A stretch of 64,000 nucleotides of DNA from Pirellulales bacterium (GTDB taxonomy: Bacteria > Planctomycetota > Planctomycetia > Pirellulales > PALSA-1355), in contig CAVTBU010000005.1 in NCBI GenBank assembly GCA_963733035.1, positions 608,001-672,000 of the forward strand. Direction: 5' to 3'. This document shows positions 1-11,441 of this stretch, one piece after another (position 1 is the first letter of the stretch; the number at the start of each line of letters is the position of its first letter). The notes below the pieces were generated by a model. That model was not told the DNA's origin. It was given only the letters and a program-made list of their open reading frames with translations, and did not search any database. The position numbers and the translations under genes are program-made.

Positions 1-107
1 AAGGGATTCGAGGGATCCTCGGCCTCCTCGAGCACGCGCGCGTTGAACTCCAGCCAGCTCAGTTCGCGATTAATAAAATGCTCGGCCTGGTAGGCATGTT
101 CGATCAC
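1..107 (-). CDS. ppk1: Polyphosphate kinase 1, 5' part only (runs off the window)
   Basis: Not in the ORF track. The reverse strand from GTG at 107 (GAGG just upstream) reads MIEHAYQAEHFINRELSWLEFNARVLEEAEDPSNP, the PPK1 N-terminal NRELSWL.FN.RVL motif. Confidence 0.9.
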   Translation of the reverse strand, partial: MIEHAYQAEHFINRELSWLEFNARVLEEAEDPSNP

Positions 108-383
108 GGCCACCTCGTCGCTGCCTGGGATTTAGCGCGCTTATGCTGTAATTGTACCCCAACGGAGTCGTGGCGGGGCGTTTCGCCTATCGTAGGCGTT
201 GGACGTCCTCTCGCCAACGGCCCGTGGGCCCCTAAAAATGCGTGTAGAAGTCACAACTGTTTCACCGCATGGCGGGAAGCCAGACAGTCTGCTTGCCTCA
301 CTGGATCGGCTGCCGCTAGCCGCCTTGCCCGGCGGGGCGGTATATTGCCGGCAAGTATTCACCCCAATCTCCACGACCCGCGC

Positions 384-1460
384 ATGTCCAACACCCTCGA
401 CTGGCAACCGCTTTACCCGTTTCTTCCGCGCGAGTTCCACGTCAACGGTCATCGCTATCACTACGTCGACGAAGGCCATGGCGAGCCGCTGCTCTTGGTG
501 CACGGCAATCCCACCTGGTCGTTTTATTGGCGCGATCTGATTCGCCCGCTTTCGCTACGGTATCGCGTCATCGCGGTCGATCACATCGGCTGCGGGCTGA
601 GCGATAAGCCGCGCGGGTATCCCTATCGGCTCGCCCAGCACGTTGATAATCTCACCCAGTTGATCGAGCATCTTGATCTGGAAAACGTGACGCTCATGGC
701 GCACGACTGGGGCGGCGCGATTGGGCTCGGCGCCGCACTGGCCGCGGTGCACCGCTACCGCCGGTTCGTATTGTTCAACACGGCGGCGTTTCGCTCGAGT
801 CGGATGCCCTGGCGGATTCGTCTCTGCCGCACTCCCTTGCTAGGACGCCTCGCCGTGCAAGGCCTGAACGCATTCGCCCTGGCCGCAACCTCGATGGCAA
901 TATCCCACCAGGAGCGGATGACGCCCCAGGTGCGAGCCGGACTGCTCGCACCCTACGATAGCTGGGCGCACCGGGAGGCGATCTATCGCTTCGTCCAGGA
1001 CATTCCCCTGTCTCCCCGCCACCCCAGCTACAAGAAGTTACTGGAAATCGAACAAGGATTGTCGCGGCTCGCCGATCACGCCTGGATGTTCATCTGGGGC
1101 ATGCGAGATTGGTGCTTTAGTCCGCACTTCCTCGAGCGATTTCTCGAGTTCTTTCCCCACGCCGAGGTCCATCGATTGGCCGACGCAGGACACTACGTCG
1201 TTGAAGACGCCCACGAACGGATTGTGCCGCTGGTGGAAAAGTTCCTGGCGGCGCATCCGGTGGAAGCATCCGCCGATAGCGCAGGCGGCGAAACCCATGA
1301 AAGAGCCGAACCTGCCGCTGGAGCCGCTCAAGGCCGGACAGTGCTTTGCGCTGGCCACGATCATGGAAGCCACGGTCCCCAAACCGGGCAACGTCCATCG
1401 CGGCGCCGACTTCGACGATGCCAGCTACCCCGACTTTGTCGTGGCGGCCACCGTGGTTAG
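384..1460 (+). CDS. Alpha/beta hydrolase, OleB (beta-lactone decarboxylase)/haloalkane dehalogenase-like; true stop probably TAG at 1277-1279
   Basis: HGNPTWSFYWR, DHIGCGLSDKP, nucleophile HDWGG, GMRDWCF and AGHYVVED. The tail after ~1260 is unrelated and overlaps the next gene by ~160 nt, suggesting a 1-nt loss. Confidence 0.8.
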   Translation: MSNTLDWQPLYPFLPREFHVNGHRYHYVDEGHGEPLLLVHGNPTWSFYWRDLIRPLSLRYRVIAVDHIGCGLSDKPRGYPYRLAQHVDNLTQLIEHLDLENVTLMAHDWGGAIGLGAALAAVHRYRRFVLFNTAAFRSSRMPWRIRLCRTPLLGRLAVQGLNAFALAATSMAISHQERMTPQVRAGLLAPYDSWAHREAIYRFVQDIPLSPRHPSYKKLLEIEQGLSRLADHAWMFIWGMRDWCFSPHFLERFLEFFPHAEVHRLADAGHYVVEDAHERIVPLVEKFLAAHPVEASADSAGGETHERAEPAAGAAQGRTVLCAGHDHGSHGPQTGQRPSRRRLRRCQLPRLCRGGHRG

Positions 1461-2178
1461 TCCAATCATCGATCGCGCGGTCGAGCGGACCCTCGGACGA
1501 ACGCTTTTGGATTCCGTAGCCGCCACGCGGGCCGCTGTTTCGACAAACACGAACCTGGGCACGCTCTTGCTGATCGTACCATTGGCAATGGTCCCCAGGG
1601 ACGCGCCGTTGACGTCCGGCATTGCGGTCGTCCTTAAATCGATCAACATCGAAGACACTCGCATGGCATACGAAGCGATCCGTATGGCACAACCCGGAGG
1701 TCTGGGCAAAGTGGAAGCGGCCGACGTAGCCGATGAGCCCCCAAGCGACTTGGTTGCAGCAATGCGCTTGGCCAGTGACCGCGACATGGTTGCCAGGCAA
1801 TACGCAAACGGTTTCCAGGACATCTTCGATACCGTGGTTCCATGGATTCGCGAGGCCGTCAGCGCGGGCCCCGATCTGCCGGCGGCCATCGTCCACGTCC
1901 ACGTGCGCCTAATGGCCGCATTACCCGATAGCCTGATTGCCCGGCGTTGCGGACACGACGTGGCCCTTGAATCCGCCGCCCGCGCTCAGCGCGTGCTCGA
2001 CGCGGGTGAACCTGGCGACGATGCGTACGACCGGGGACTTTCCGACCTGGACTTCTGGCTTCGCGCCGCGGATCACAAGCGAAATCCCGGCACGACCGCC
2101 GACCTGGTGGCAGCCGGTTTGTTCGTGGCTTTGCGCGATGGCATAATTAAACCACCGTTCCGTCTGGCCCGCCTCTAA
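1297..2178 (+). CDS. CitG-family (triphosphoribosyl-dephospho-CoA synthase-like) protein
   Basis: EATVPKPGNVH, NTNLG and NPGTTADLVAA motifs; ATG at 1297. Confidence 0.85.
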   Translation: MKEPNLPLEPLKAGQCFALATIMEATVPKPGNVHRGADFDDASYPDFVVAATVVSPIIDRAVERTLGRTLLDSVAATRAAVSTNTNLGTLLLIVPLAMVPRDAPLTSGIAVVLKSINIEDTRMAYEAIRMAQPGGLGKVEAADVADEPPSDLVAAMRLASDRDMVARQYANGFQDIFDTVVPWIREAVSAGPDLPAAIVHVHVRLMAALPDSLIARRCGHDVALESAARAQRVLDAGEPGDDAYDRGLSDLDFWLRAADHKRNPGTTADLVAAGLFVALRDGIIKPPFRLARL

Positions 2179-2218
2179 CGAACCTCGATCCGAACCCGAC
2201 AGCGCCGCGTTTCTCGAC

Positions 2219-2716
2219 ATGACCGACCACTATCACGTTCGGATCTCGAAAGACTATCTAGTCTTCAGCGCCGGGCACTTTATTACTTACGCTGGCGACG
2301 TCTGCGAGCGGTTGCACGGCCATAACTACCGCGTGACCGGAGAAGTCCATGGCCCACTCGACGGGAACCACTACGTCGTCGATTTTATTGCCCTTCGCGA
2401 CGCGCTCAAGACGATCGTCGACGAGTTGGACCATCACATGCTCCTGCCGACGCGGCACCCCTTGATCAAGGTGGTAGCCGACGACCGCGAAGTCGAAGCC
2501 ACGTTCGAAGATCGCCGCTGGGTCTTTCCCCGCTGCGATTGCATCCTGCTCGACGTTCCCAATACGACGTCGGAACTTCTGGCCCGCTACATCGCCAGTC
2601 GATTAGTGGATGATTTGCAAAGCCGCACCGGCAACCGCCCGGCTCGCGTCCGCATCGAAGTTGACGAGTGTTTCGGCAACGTCGCGGTATGCGAACTCGA
2701 TACGTCCAACCACTAG
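2219..2716 (+). CDS. 6-pyruvoyl-tetrahydropterin synthase/QueD family protein (CExLHGH hybrid motif)
   Basis: FSAGH, CERLHGHNY, VVDF, LDH and NTTSELLA motifs. Confidence 0.9.
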   Translation: MTDHYHVRISKDYLVFSAGHFITYAGDVCERLHGHNYRVTGEVHGPLDGNHYVVDFIALRDALKTIVDELDHHMLLPTRHPLIKVVADDREVEATFEDRRWVFPRCDCILLDVPNTTSELLARYIASRLVDDLQSRTGNRPARVRIEVDECFGNVAVCELDTSNH

Positions 2717-2751
2717 CACCCCAAGTACCTTCCCACCCGGAGTCGTCCACC

Positions 2752-3387
2752 ATGCGTTTGTCTGCCTGTTGTTTCGCGCTGTTCGCGGCCTTGGCCGCTG
2801 TTTCCACCGCTCAAGCCGAAGACTGGATTGCATTGTTCAATGGAAAGAATCTGGACGGTTGGCAAGCGGTCGACGGACCACTATCCAGTTGGCACGTCGA
2901 GGACGACATTCTGTACTGCAGCGGCGGCGGAGGCGGTTGGCTGTCAACCAACAAGGAGTACGGCGACTTTGAGATTGCACTCGAGTTTCGCGTCCCGCCC
3001 GGCGGCAACAGCGGCGTGTTCCTGCGGGCACCACACGAGAACAACCCGGCCTACGCTGGCATGGAGATTCAAATACTCGACGACCGTGCAGAGCAATATG
3101 CCAAGCTCCAGCCGTTTCAGTACTGCGGCAGTCTCTATGGCATTGCCGCGCCAAAGACGCGTGCCAGCAAACCGGCCGGCGAGTGGCAAAAGATGCACAT
3201 CCTGTGCAAGGGTCGGCAGGTGAAAGTGACGCTGAACGACACGGTGATTAGCGATACGAACCTTGATGACGAACAGGCCCATGCGGCGACGCATCCCGGC
3301 ATCAATCGGCGGACTGGGTACATCGGCCTGCAGAACCACGGCACGCGGCTGGATTTTCGAAACGTTCGCCTCCGCGAGCTCGACTAG
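2752..3387 (+). CDS. Secreted DUF1080 (3-keto-disaccharide hydrolase-like) protein
   Basis: Signal peptide ending AQA; LFNGKNLDGW, GNSGVF, EIQILD and GYIGLQNHG. Confidence 0.9.
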   Translation: MRLSACCFALFAALAAVSTAQAEDWIALFNGKNLDGWQAVDGPLSSWHVEDDILYCSGGGGGWLSTNKEYGDFEIALEFRVPPGGNSGVFLRAPHENNPAYAGMEIQILDDRAEQYAKLQPFQYCGSLYGIAAPKTRASKPAGEWQKMHILCKGRQVKVTLNDTVISDTNLDDEQAHAATHPGINRRTGYIGLQNHGTRLDFRNVRLRELD

Positions 3388-3469
3388 CCGTCGCCGGCTG
3401 CGGTAACGAATCGCGCGAGAGAAGTATGTTTGGGGCTTAAGCGACGGAGGCAGTCGTGGCCGACAGCAA

Positions 3470-4711
3470 CTACGGCTTGTCGTCGGCTTCGAGCGAGTCG
3501 CGTCCGTCGCTGAGCCATTCCAGGTTGAACCGCGCGAGCACCTGGCTTGGCCCCGGGTATTTGGTGCCTGGGTCGGCTCGCTCGAAGAGGCAATAGATGG
3601 TGCCGTCGGGCCCGACCGCCAAATCGCTGTAGGCACTTGGACCGGCCTCGATCGTCTTGGAGACCGGCCAGCTCTTGCATCCATCGTAACTCAGCTTGAC
3701 CGTCAGATTCTTGCGATCGCGACTTTTTCCCGGCTCGGCCTTGCCCTTTTTGCGCTCCAAATTGTCCGGGTTTGAAAACAGGATGCGATTTTTGCCGCCA
3801 TCCGATGCCGTGCTCAGCCGACACATGCTAGCCATGCAAATCGGCTCAGCGAGTCCATCGTCGAACACCGGGCGTGACCAGCCGGTCGCTCCGTCCGGAC
3901 TGGTGGCGATTGCTCGTCGGTTCCTGGTGGACTCGCTGCGCATGTTCAGCAGCACACGACCATCGGCCAACTCCACGGCCACCGATTCGCTGGGGTTCAC
4001 CAGCGGATCCGTCTCACCAGTCACGATGTCTCCGCACTGCCAAGTGGCACCGTGGTCGTCGCTGTAGATCGTCGCAATTACGCTCGGTCGATGGGCGTTT
4101 CCGCCGGTAGCCGTCGATAACCAAACGGGGACCACGAGACGGCCGCCACCGAGCTGCACGCCGTGGCCCGGACCGGTGGCCAGAACTTTCCAATCGTATT
4201 GATCCCGAAACGGCTCGAACGCCGAGGTAATTTCCACCGGCTCGCTGAACGTCTGGCCGTCGTCGTCGCTACGGCGATAGAAGCAGCGCATGTACTCCTG
4301 GCAAAACAAGAAGTGCACGGCGCCGGTCTGATGGTCCGCAATCAACAGCGGATTGTTGTTCGTGACCGCCGATGGGTCTGCCAGCTTTTGCTTTAGTGCC
4401 ACCGGGTTCTTTTGGTGCGGACCATCGACCTCGGACATCTCCCGCGCCTCCGACCAGGTTTCCCCGCCGTCGCCGCTACGTCGCAGCACGATGTCAATCG
4501 CCGCCCAGTCGCCGCGGGTTTTGCGGGCCTCGCAAACTGCGAGCAAAGAACCGCCCGGAGCCATCAATAGCGCCGGAATGCGATAGCTTGGATACCCCCC
4601 CTGGCCCGCCACAAAAACGTCCTGCTTGTCGAGACGCGGTTCGGCCGATAGCGCCTGGGTGTCAAATAAAGCCCAAGTTAAAAACAAAAGCAGTATTGTG
4701 CGACGCATCAT
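3470..4711 (-). CDS. Secreted sialidase-family (GH33/BNR) protein
   Basis: Signal peptide; YRIP motif; Asp boxes SGDGGETW, SDDDGQTF, SDDHGATW, SYDGCKSW; AYSDL. Confidence 0.9.
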   Translation of the reverse strand: MMRRTILLLFLTWALFDTQALSAEPRLDKQDVFVAGQGGYPSYRIPALLMAPGGSLLAVCEARKTRGDWAAIDIVLRRSGDGGETWSEAREMSEVDGPHQKNPVALKQKLADPSAVTNNNPLLIADHQTGAVHFLFCQEYMRCFYRRSDDDGQTFSEPVEITSAFEPFRDQYDWKVLATGPGHGVQLGGGRLVVPVWLSTATGGNAHRPSVIATIYSDDHGATWQCGDIVTGETDPLVNPSESVAVELADGRVLLNMRSESTRNRRAIATSPDGATGWSRPVFDDGLAEPICMASMCRLSTASDGGKNRILFSNPDNLERKKGKAEPGKSRDRKNLTVKLSYDGCKSWPVSKTIEAGPSAYSDLAVGPDGTIYCLFERADPGTKYPGPSQVLARFNLEWLSDGRDSLEADDKP

Positions 4712-4959
4712 TGTCGACCTCGCGAGCCCAGCGGAGAGAGCAACCGTCCCCAATCGTAACTCGCCAAACTGCCGAGTAAAACCAGCAAGTGGAATTAGGC
4801 CAGCGGCGATGGTACAACAGACCTTGCCGCGAGCGGCCCGTCGTCAGACTTTCCGCTGGGGCTTTCCGTTGCCAATCTTTGATCTGCTTTCTGCGCCTCA
4901 GCATCGCTGGGTGCAAATCCAACGAACGACTCGCCAGAAACCATTTCCAGGGAGTCCTG

Positions 4960-6534
4960 ATGACCATGCATCGCAACCGCGGACTTTTGCTACTCCCAAT
5001 GTTTCTGTTGGCTGGATGTGCAGCCATTGCGGAAGCCAAACAGCCCAACATCCTGTTCATCTTTTCCGACGATCACGCCTGGCAAGCCTTGAGTGCCTAC
5101 GGCGAATCGCGGCATTTGCTCAACACGCCGAACCTTGACCGCATTGCCAACGAAGGGATGCGATTCAACCGCTGCATCGTGCCCAACTCAATTTGCGGGC
5201 CGAGCCGAGCGACGATTCTCACTGGCAAGTACTCCCACATCAACGGCTTTTACAACAATTCCAACAGCCGCTTCGATGGTTCGCAAGTGACCTTTCCGAA
5301 ACTGCTGCAAGGTGCCGGCTATCAGACGGCGATCTTCGGCAAGTGGCACCTGATTAGCGATCCGACAGGCTTTGACTACTGGCACATCCTGCCAGGGCAA
5401 GGACTCTACTACAATCCGCCGATGATCAAGAACGGCGAGCAGGTCAAGCACGAAGGCTATACGACGGACATCATTACGGACCTGACGCTCGACTGGCTGA
5501 AGTCTCGCGATAAGTCGAAGCCGTTCATGCTGATGTGCCAACACAAGGCACCGCATCGCGAGTGGGAACCGGCATTGCGTCACCTCGGTCACGACGGCGA
5601 TCGGCAACACCTCGAGCCGGAAACCCTGTTCGACAACTACTCCGGGCGAGGCCTGGCTGAGCACGACCAGGACATGACGATCGAAAAGACCATGACACCG
5701 CGCGACGTCAAGCTCGTCGCCCCCGGCAACCTCACACCCGCACAACGCGCCGAGTGGGACGCCTACTACGAACCCCGCAATGAAAAATTCCGAAAAGCGA
5801 ATTTGTCAGGCAAGGACCTGGTGCGCTGGCGCTATCAGCGCTACATGCACGACTATCTAGGCTGTATCAAAGCCGTCGATGAAAACGTCGGCAGGCTGCT
5901 CAAGTATCTTGATGATGAAGGGTTGGGCGACGATACGATCGTCGTCTACACGGCCGATCAAGGCTTCTACCTGGGCGAGCACGGCTGGTTCGACAAGCGC
6001 TGGATCTTCGAGGAATCGCTACGTACACCGCTGCTGGTACGCTGGCCGGGCGTGACCAAACCCGGAAGCACCAGTGACGCACTCGTCTCAAATGTCGACT
6101 TCGCCGAAACGTTTCTCGACATTGCCGGCATCGAGATTCCAGCGGCAATGCAGGGGCGCAGCTTCATCAGTCTGCTCGAGGGAAAGCAGCCGGACGATTG
6201 GCGAACGTCATTCTACTACCACTATTACGAGTACCCCCGACCGCATCACGTGCGACCACATTACGGCGTCGTCACAGACCGCCATAAGCTCGTACACTTC
6301 TACGGACCGGATACCGACTATTGGGAACTATTCGATCTCAAGACTGATCCGCACGAACTGACAAGTGTCTACAACGAGGCATCGTATGCCGACGTGCAGA
6401 GCGCGCTGCACGCCGAGGTGGACCGACTGCGCAAGCAGCTCAAGGTGCCCGCAGAGGAAGACCCAGCTGCATCGGGCGCCCGCCCCGGACCGCGTCAGCG
6501 TGCTCGGCAACAACAACAGGGAAAGGCATCGTGA
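4960..6534 (+). CDS. Secreted formylglycine-dependent sulfatase
   Basis: [49 protein letters not shown] before ATG 4960. Confidence 0.93.
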   Translation: MTMHRNRGLLLLPMFLLAGCAAIAEAKQPNILFIFSDDHAWQALSAYGESRHLLNTPNLDRIANEGMRFNRCIVPNSICGPSRATILTGKYSHINGFYNNSNSRFDGSQVTFPKLLQGAGYQTAIFGKWHLISDPTGFDYWHILPGQGLYYNPPMIKNGEQVKHEGYTTDIITDLTLDWLKSRDKSKPFMLMCQHKAPHREWEPALRHLGHDGDRQHLEPETLFDNYSGRGLAEHDQDMTIEKTMTPRDVKLVAPGNLTPAQRAEWDAYYEPRNEKFRKANLSGKDLVRWRYQRYMHDYLGCIKAVDENVGRLLKYLDDEGLGDDTIVVYTADQGFYLGEHGWFDKRWIFEESLRTPLLVRWPGVTKPGSTSDALVSNVDFAETFLDIAGIEIPAAMQGRSFISLLEGKQPDDWRTSFYYHYYEYPRPHHVRPHYGVVTDRHKLVHFYGPDTDYWELFDLKTDPHELTSVYNEASYADVQSALHAEVDRLRKQLKVPAEEDPAASGARPGPRQRARQQQQGKAS

Positions 6535-9089
6535 GCCGACGCACGCGGAGGCAATTCGTTCGCGAGAGCGCCGCCCTGACGACCAGCTTGGCGGTTGCGG
6601 CACATGGAACTGCCCGCGGCGCGGCACCGTCGGCAGCGAGATTTGCCAGTCGCTGGAACCAGACGGCTGATCGCGTCTGGATCGGCCCCGAGTACTGGGC
6701 GAATCCGCTCCAGGACTGGCGCGTGGCCGGTGGACGGCTTGAGTGTACGAAGGCGGCACCTGACCGACACGTACATATGCTTACCTACGCGCTTGCGAAT
6801 GCGGCTGGATCGTTGACCACTTCCATTCGCATTGGACGTTTGTCTGGTGACTTGGGGGGTGGGCCAGGTTCGGCAGGTTTTCGCGTCGGCATCACGGGCG
6901 CACTGGATGACTACCGGCATGCTTTGCTCTTTGGCCGCGGAATCGATGCCGGCATCACCGGCTCGGGCAAGCTATTTGTTGGCGACCCTTTGGCGGACGA
7001 CGCCGTCGATGTGGCACTGGCAATTCCGGAAGTCGAGTTGCGACTGGCCGCCGAGCCCGACAGAGCAAGCTACATCCTATTGCTCGAAGCCGTTGATCCG
7101 CGCTCCGGCATGTCGCTTGGCATCGTGCGACGCAAGATGCCAGCAAATCGCCTGGTTGGTCACCTGGCGGTGGTGGCCAACTATGGCTCGCCGCAAAACG
7201 GTCGCCGTCGACACCCGAAGGCCTCGCCCGGACTCGGCAGCGGCCAGTTTTGGTTTGCTGACTGGAAAGCCGTTGGTTCCAAACTTGTGGCGCACCCTCG
7301 ACGCGCTTTTGGTCCGATCCTGTTCAGCCAATACACGGTCTCGCACGGCATTCTCAAACTATCGGCACAAATGCCGCCGATTGGGCCGCATGATTCGCAA
7401 ACCGTGCGTTTGGAAGCGATGCGCGACGGCAACTGGATGCTGCTTGGCGAAAGCACCATTCATCCCGAGGCCCGCACGGCGACGTTCCGTGTCGAAGGTT
7501 GGGACGCGAGCACTGAGGTCCCGTATCGACTGCTTTATGCGCTTGTGAGCAGCGACGGAACGAGTATCGATCACGAGTGGTCAGGGATCGTGCGCCGCGA
7601 TCCTGCCGATGAGGACGTGCTGACCGTGGCCGACGTCTCGTGCAATGGCCACATGGCGTTCCCAAACGCCGAGTACGTCCAGCACATGGCGCGGCTCAAT
7701 CCCGATCTGTTGGCGTTCACGGGCGATCAGTTTTACGAATCGAGCGGTGGGTATGGCGTGCAGCGGGGACCGGTCGAAATGGCGATTCTCGACCTGTTGC
7801 GCAAATGGTATTTGCACGGTTGGACGTGGCGTGAGCTGATGCGCGATCGGCCAAGTATTTCAATTCCCGATGACCACGACGTCTATCAGGGAAACATTTG
7901 GGGAGAAGGGGGCGCGCCGCGGCACGGCACGCAGGAGATGGGTGGCTACGACATGCCGCCCGAGTGGGTTAATGTCGTGCATCGCACGCAGACGTCGCAT
8001 CATCCCGATCCATTTGATCCGTCACCCGGCAAGCGGGGCATCAGCGTGTACTTCGGCCCGCTGGTCTATGGCGGCGTGAGCTTCGCCATCCTGGCCGACC
8101 GCCAGTTCAAGTCGGGACCCGAAGGCAAGGTGCCACCGACCGGCAATCGGGGCGATCACGTTGTCGACCCCGATTTTGATCCGAAATCGGCCGATCTGCC
8201 GGGTCTGGTATTGCTCGGCGAGCGGCAGATGCAATTCCTGCACGAGTGGGTGAAGGACTGGCGCAGCGCGCGGATGAAGGCCGTCATCTCCCAAACGATC
8301 TTCACTGCCATGGCCACCACCCACGGTGCCAACCGCGAGGTGTTGCGGGCAGACTACGATGCCAACGGCTGGCCGCAAACTCCTCGCAATGAGGCGCTCC
8401 GTGAAATTCGCAAGGCTCTGGCGTTTCACATCGCCGGAGATCAGCATCTGCCGGCCGTCATACGCTATGGCATCGATTCGCATGGCGATGCGGGCGCGGC
8501 GCTGGCTGGTCCCGCCGTGAACAGCATCTATCCGCGTTGGTACCAGCCGCGCGGCGAGGCCATCGTTCGAGCGAACGATCGCTTGACTAATACGGGCGAT
8601 TTCATCGACCATTTTGGGCACCCACTCACGGTGCTGGCCGTCGCCAATCCCGCGCTACGATTTGAAGGTTCGTTGCTCGAGGTCGAGCGAGATAAAGCCG
8701 CTGGCCTGGCCCTGGTGCGGTTCGACAAACCGTCTCGGCAAGTAACGGTTGAGTGCTGGCCGCTGCTAGTCGATCCCCAGCAGTCAGGCACTCAGTTTCC
8801 CGGTTGGCCGGTCACAATCGATCCCGTGACCGATTGCACAAAGCAGGCCCAGGCGTGGCTGCCAACTCTAAAGATCTCCGGATCTCGCGAGCCGGTAGTA
8901 CAGATTTACGATCGGGCGGGCGAACTTGTTTACAATCTGCGGATTCCAGCAGGAGAATATCAACCTCCAGTCTTCGCCGCTGGGCAGTACTCTGTCCGTT
9001 TGCTCGATCCGGACTCTGGCCGTGAAATAAGACTGGAGCAGCTTACTGCCCGACCGACAAACGACGAAATTATCGAGGTCGTGTTATGA
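6531..9089 (+). CDS. Tat-exported PhoD-like metallophosphoesterase with long N-terminal extension
   Basis: SRRTRRQFV twin-arginine leader; VSCN, GDQFYE, PDDHDV, DRQFK, D.NGW and GDQH motifs; GTGA overlap with the upstream gene. Confidence 0.85.
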   Translation: MSRRTRRQFVRESAALTTSLAVAAHGTARGAAPSAARFASRWNQTADRVWIGPEYWANPLQDWRVAGGRLECTKAAPDRHVHMLTYALANAAGSLTTSIRIGRLSGDLGGGPGSAGFRVGITGALDDYRHALLFGRGIDAGITGSGKLFVGDPLADDAVDVALAIPEVELRLAAEPDRASYILLLEAVDPRSGMSLGIVRRKMPANRLVGHLAVVANYGSPQNGRRRHPKASPGLGSGQFWFADWKAVGSKLVAHPRRAFGPILFSQYTVSHGILKLSAQMPPIGPHDSQTVRLEAMRDGNWMLLGESTIHPEARTATFRVEGWDASTEVPYRLLYALVSSDGTSIDHEWSGIVRRDPADEDVLTVADVSCNGHMAFPNAEYVQHMARLNPDLLAFTGDQFYESSGGYGVQRGPVEMAILDLLRKWYLHGWTWRELMRDRPSISIPDDHDVYQGNIWGEGGAPRHGTQEMGGYDMPPEWVNVVHRTQTSHHPDPFDPSPGKRGISVYFGPLVYGGVSFAILADRQFKSGPEGKVPPTGNRGDHVVDPDFDPKSADLPGLVLLGERQMQFLHEWVKDWRSARMKAVISQTIFTAMATTHGANREVLRADYDANGWPQTPRNEALREIRKALAFHIAGDQHLPAVIRYGIDSHGDAGAALAGPAVNSIYPRWYQPRGEAIVRANDRLTNTGDFIDHFGHPLTVLAVANPALRFEGSLLEVERDKAAGLALVRFDKPSRQVTVECWPLLVDPQQSGTQFPGWPVTIDPVTDCTKQAQAWLPTLKISGSREPVVQIYDRAGELVYNLRIPAGEYQPPVFAAGQYSVRLLDPDSGREIRLEQLTARPTNDEIIEVVL

Positions 9090-10929
9090 AGCGATTGCTA
9101 CTGACGGTGCTTCTTCTGGCCGTGGCACGGCCCGCGCTGTCGGTCCATGCCGACGAGCCACGACCAAACATCGTTTGGATCACCAGCGAGGACCACGGCC
9201 CACATATGGGCTGCTATGGCGACCAATACGCCACGACACCACATGTCGATGGGTTGGCCGCCAGGGGTCTCCTCTACACCCGAGCCTGGTCGAATGCACC
9301 CGTCTGCGCACCGGCCCGCACCACGCTGATTTCTGGCTTATACGCAACGTCGACCGGTGGACAGCACATGCGCAGCATGGTTCCTTTTCCGGCCGGCAAA
9401 CAGATGTTTCCCCAAATACTGCGCGCGGCGGGCTACTATTGCACCAACAACTCGAAGGAAGATTACAACCTGACTCAGCCCGGCAAAGTATGGGATGAAT
9501 CATCTCGGAAAGCGCACTGGAAAAACCGCTCGGCTGGTCAGCCGTTCTTTGCCGTATTCAACTCCACCAAGAGCCACGAAAGTCAGATCCGCCGGCGACC
9601 GCATTCCCCCGTGCACGAACCGGCCAAGGTACGTGTGCCGCCCTATCACCCGGACACACCCGAAGTACGCCGCGACTGGGCCCAATACTACGACGTCGTG
9701 AGTCTGGCCGATGCCGATGCTGGTCAACACTTGGCCGAGCTCGAACAGGCAGGCCTTACCGACAACACCATCGTGTTCTACTTTGCCGACCACGGTTCGG
9801 GCATGCCTCGCAACAAACGATGGCCCTTCAATTTGGGCTTGCAGGTGCCGCTGGTGGTACACATTCCCGAGAAGTTCAAGGCTTTGCGCCCCGCGGACTA
9901 TGCCCCTGGCGGCAAGACGGATCGACTCGTTAGCTTTGTTGATTTTGCGCCACGGTGCTCAGTCTCGCTAGTATCAAACCACCGGATTGGATGCAAGGTT
10001 ACGCGTTTCTAGGCGAACATGCCGCGCCGCCGCGGCCGTACATTTACGGCTTTCGCGGACGGATGGACGAAAAGATCGACATGGTGCGCAGCGTCACCGA
10101 TGGCCGGTACGTGTACGTGCGAAACTACATGCCTCAGCGGATTTACGGTCAGTATCTGGCCTACATGTTTGAAACGCCTACGACGCAAGTCTGGCACCAG
10201 TTGCACGTCGAAGGGAAGCTGACCGCCGCGCAAGATGCCTTCTGGAAACCCAAGCCGCCCGAGGAACTCTACGATCTGACGCACGACCCCGACGAGGTGC
10301 ATAACATCGCCGATTCCACCGAGCACAGCGAAAAGCTGGCAGAACTTCGCGAAGCGCAACGCAACCTGGCACTCAGAATCCGCGACGTTGGCTTTCTGCC
10401 CGAGGGTGAGATTCACAGCCGCAGTCAGGGCACAACGCCGTACGACATGGCCCGCGAGCCGGAGAAATATCCACTCGAGCGGATTCTGCCCGTCGCCGAA
10501 GCGGCATCCGGATTGGATCCGAAAAACGCGCCCGAGTTGGTGAAGGCGTTTGAAGACCAAGACAGCGCGGTCCGGTATTGGGCAGCATTGGGATTGCTGA
10601 TGCGCGGCAGGGCCGGAGTGCAAACGGGGCATGGTACGCTGATTTCCGCCTTGGCGGATCCATCGCCCTACGTGCGTGTGACGGCCGCCGAAGCGCTAAC
10701 AAGGTTCGGGGAACCCGCCGATCGAAACTTGGCGGTGCGGGTTCTGGCAGACCATGCCGACTGGAGTCAGCATGAGGTATTCACCGCGATCATGGCGCTC
10801 AATGCTCTGGAGCAACTAGGCGATGAAGCGGAACCACTCAAGGCTGAGTTGCGGAACCAACCAGCTGGGGACGCTCCGCACCAGCGCTATCAAGGGTATG
10901 TGAGCAGATTGCTGAAACCCAACGACTGA
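9086..10929 (+). CDS. Sulfatase with C-terminal HEAT repeats (one frameshift at ~9950)
   Basis: [18 protein letters not shown] and ADHG in ORF 9086..10012; continues [14 protein letters not shown] into ORF 9955..10929 with DSAVRYWAA and [15 protein letters not shown] motifs. Confidence 0.88.
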
Positions 10930-10972
10930 GAAACCACCACTATCCTCGGATCTGACGCATACGAGGCCCAAC

Positions 10973-11404
10973 ATGGACGAACACCGCATTGCCACGGTTG
11001 AACCGATTTCCGAAGATCAGGCCACCGGTAAAGTGGCCGAGATCTATGCCGATATCAAACGAACGAAGAATATTGATTTTGTGCCCAATATGTGGCGCGT
11101 GCTGGCCACCAACCCGATCCAACTGGAATTGGTTTGGACAACACTCAAGTCACTTATGCATCCCGAGGCAGTCGGACGCCAGCCGGCGCTCGACGGGGCA
11201 ACTCGTGAGATGATCGCATTGGCTGTATCGGCAACGAACGGTTGCTCGTATTGTGTAAACTCCCACACGGCCGCGCTGCGCAAGCAAGGCCTGTCCACCG
11301 AAGCAATCGGCGAAGTGCTGGCCATCGCTAGCTTGTTTAACATGACCAACGCTCTGGCCGACGGCTACCAGATTGAGCCAGACGTACTACCGCCGCTCCA
11401 ATAA
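10973..11404 (+). CDS. AhpD/carboxymuconolactone decarboxylase family peroxidase-related protein
   Basis: REMIALAVSATNGCSYCVNSH (E...CxxCxxxH). Confidence 0.9.
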   Translation: MDEHRIATVEPISEDQATGKVAEIYADIKRTKNIDFVPNMWRVLATNPIQLELVWTTLKSLMHPEAVGRQPALDGATREMIALAVSATNGCSYCVNSHTAALRKQGLSTEAIGEVLAIASLFNMTNALADGYQIEPDVLPPLQ

Positions 11405-11441
11405 CGGACATCGAAGGTGGAAACCGGGTGCCGGTGAATTG

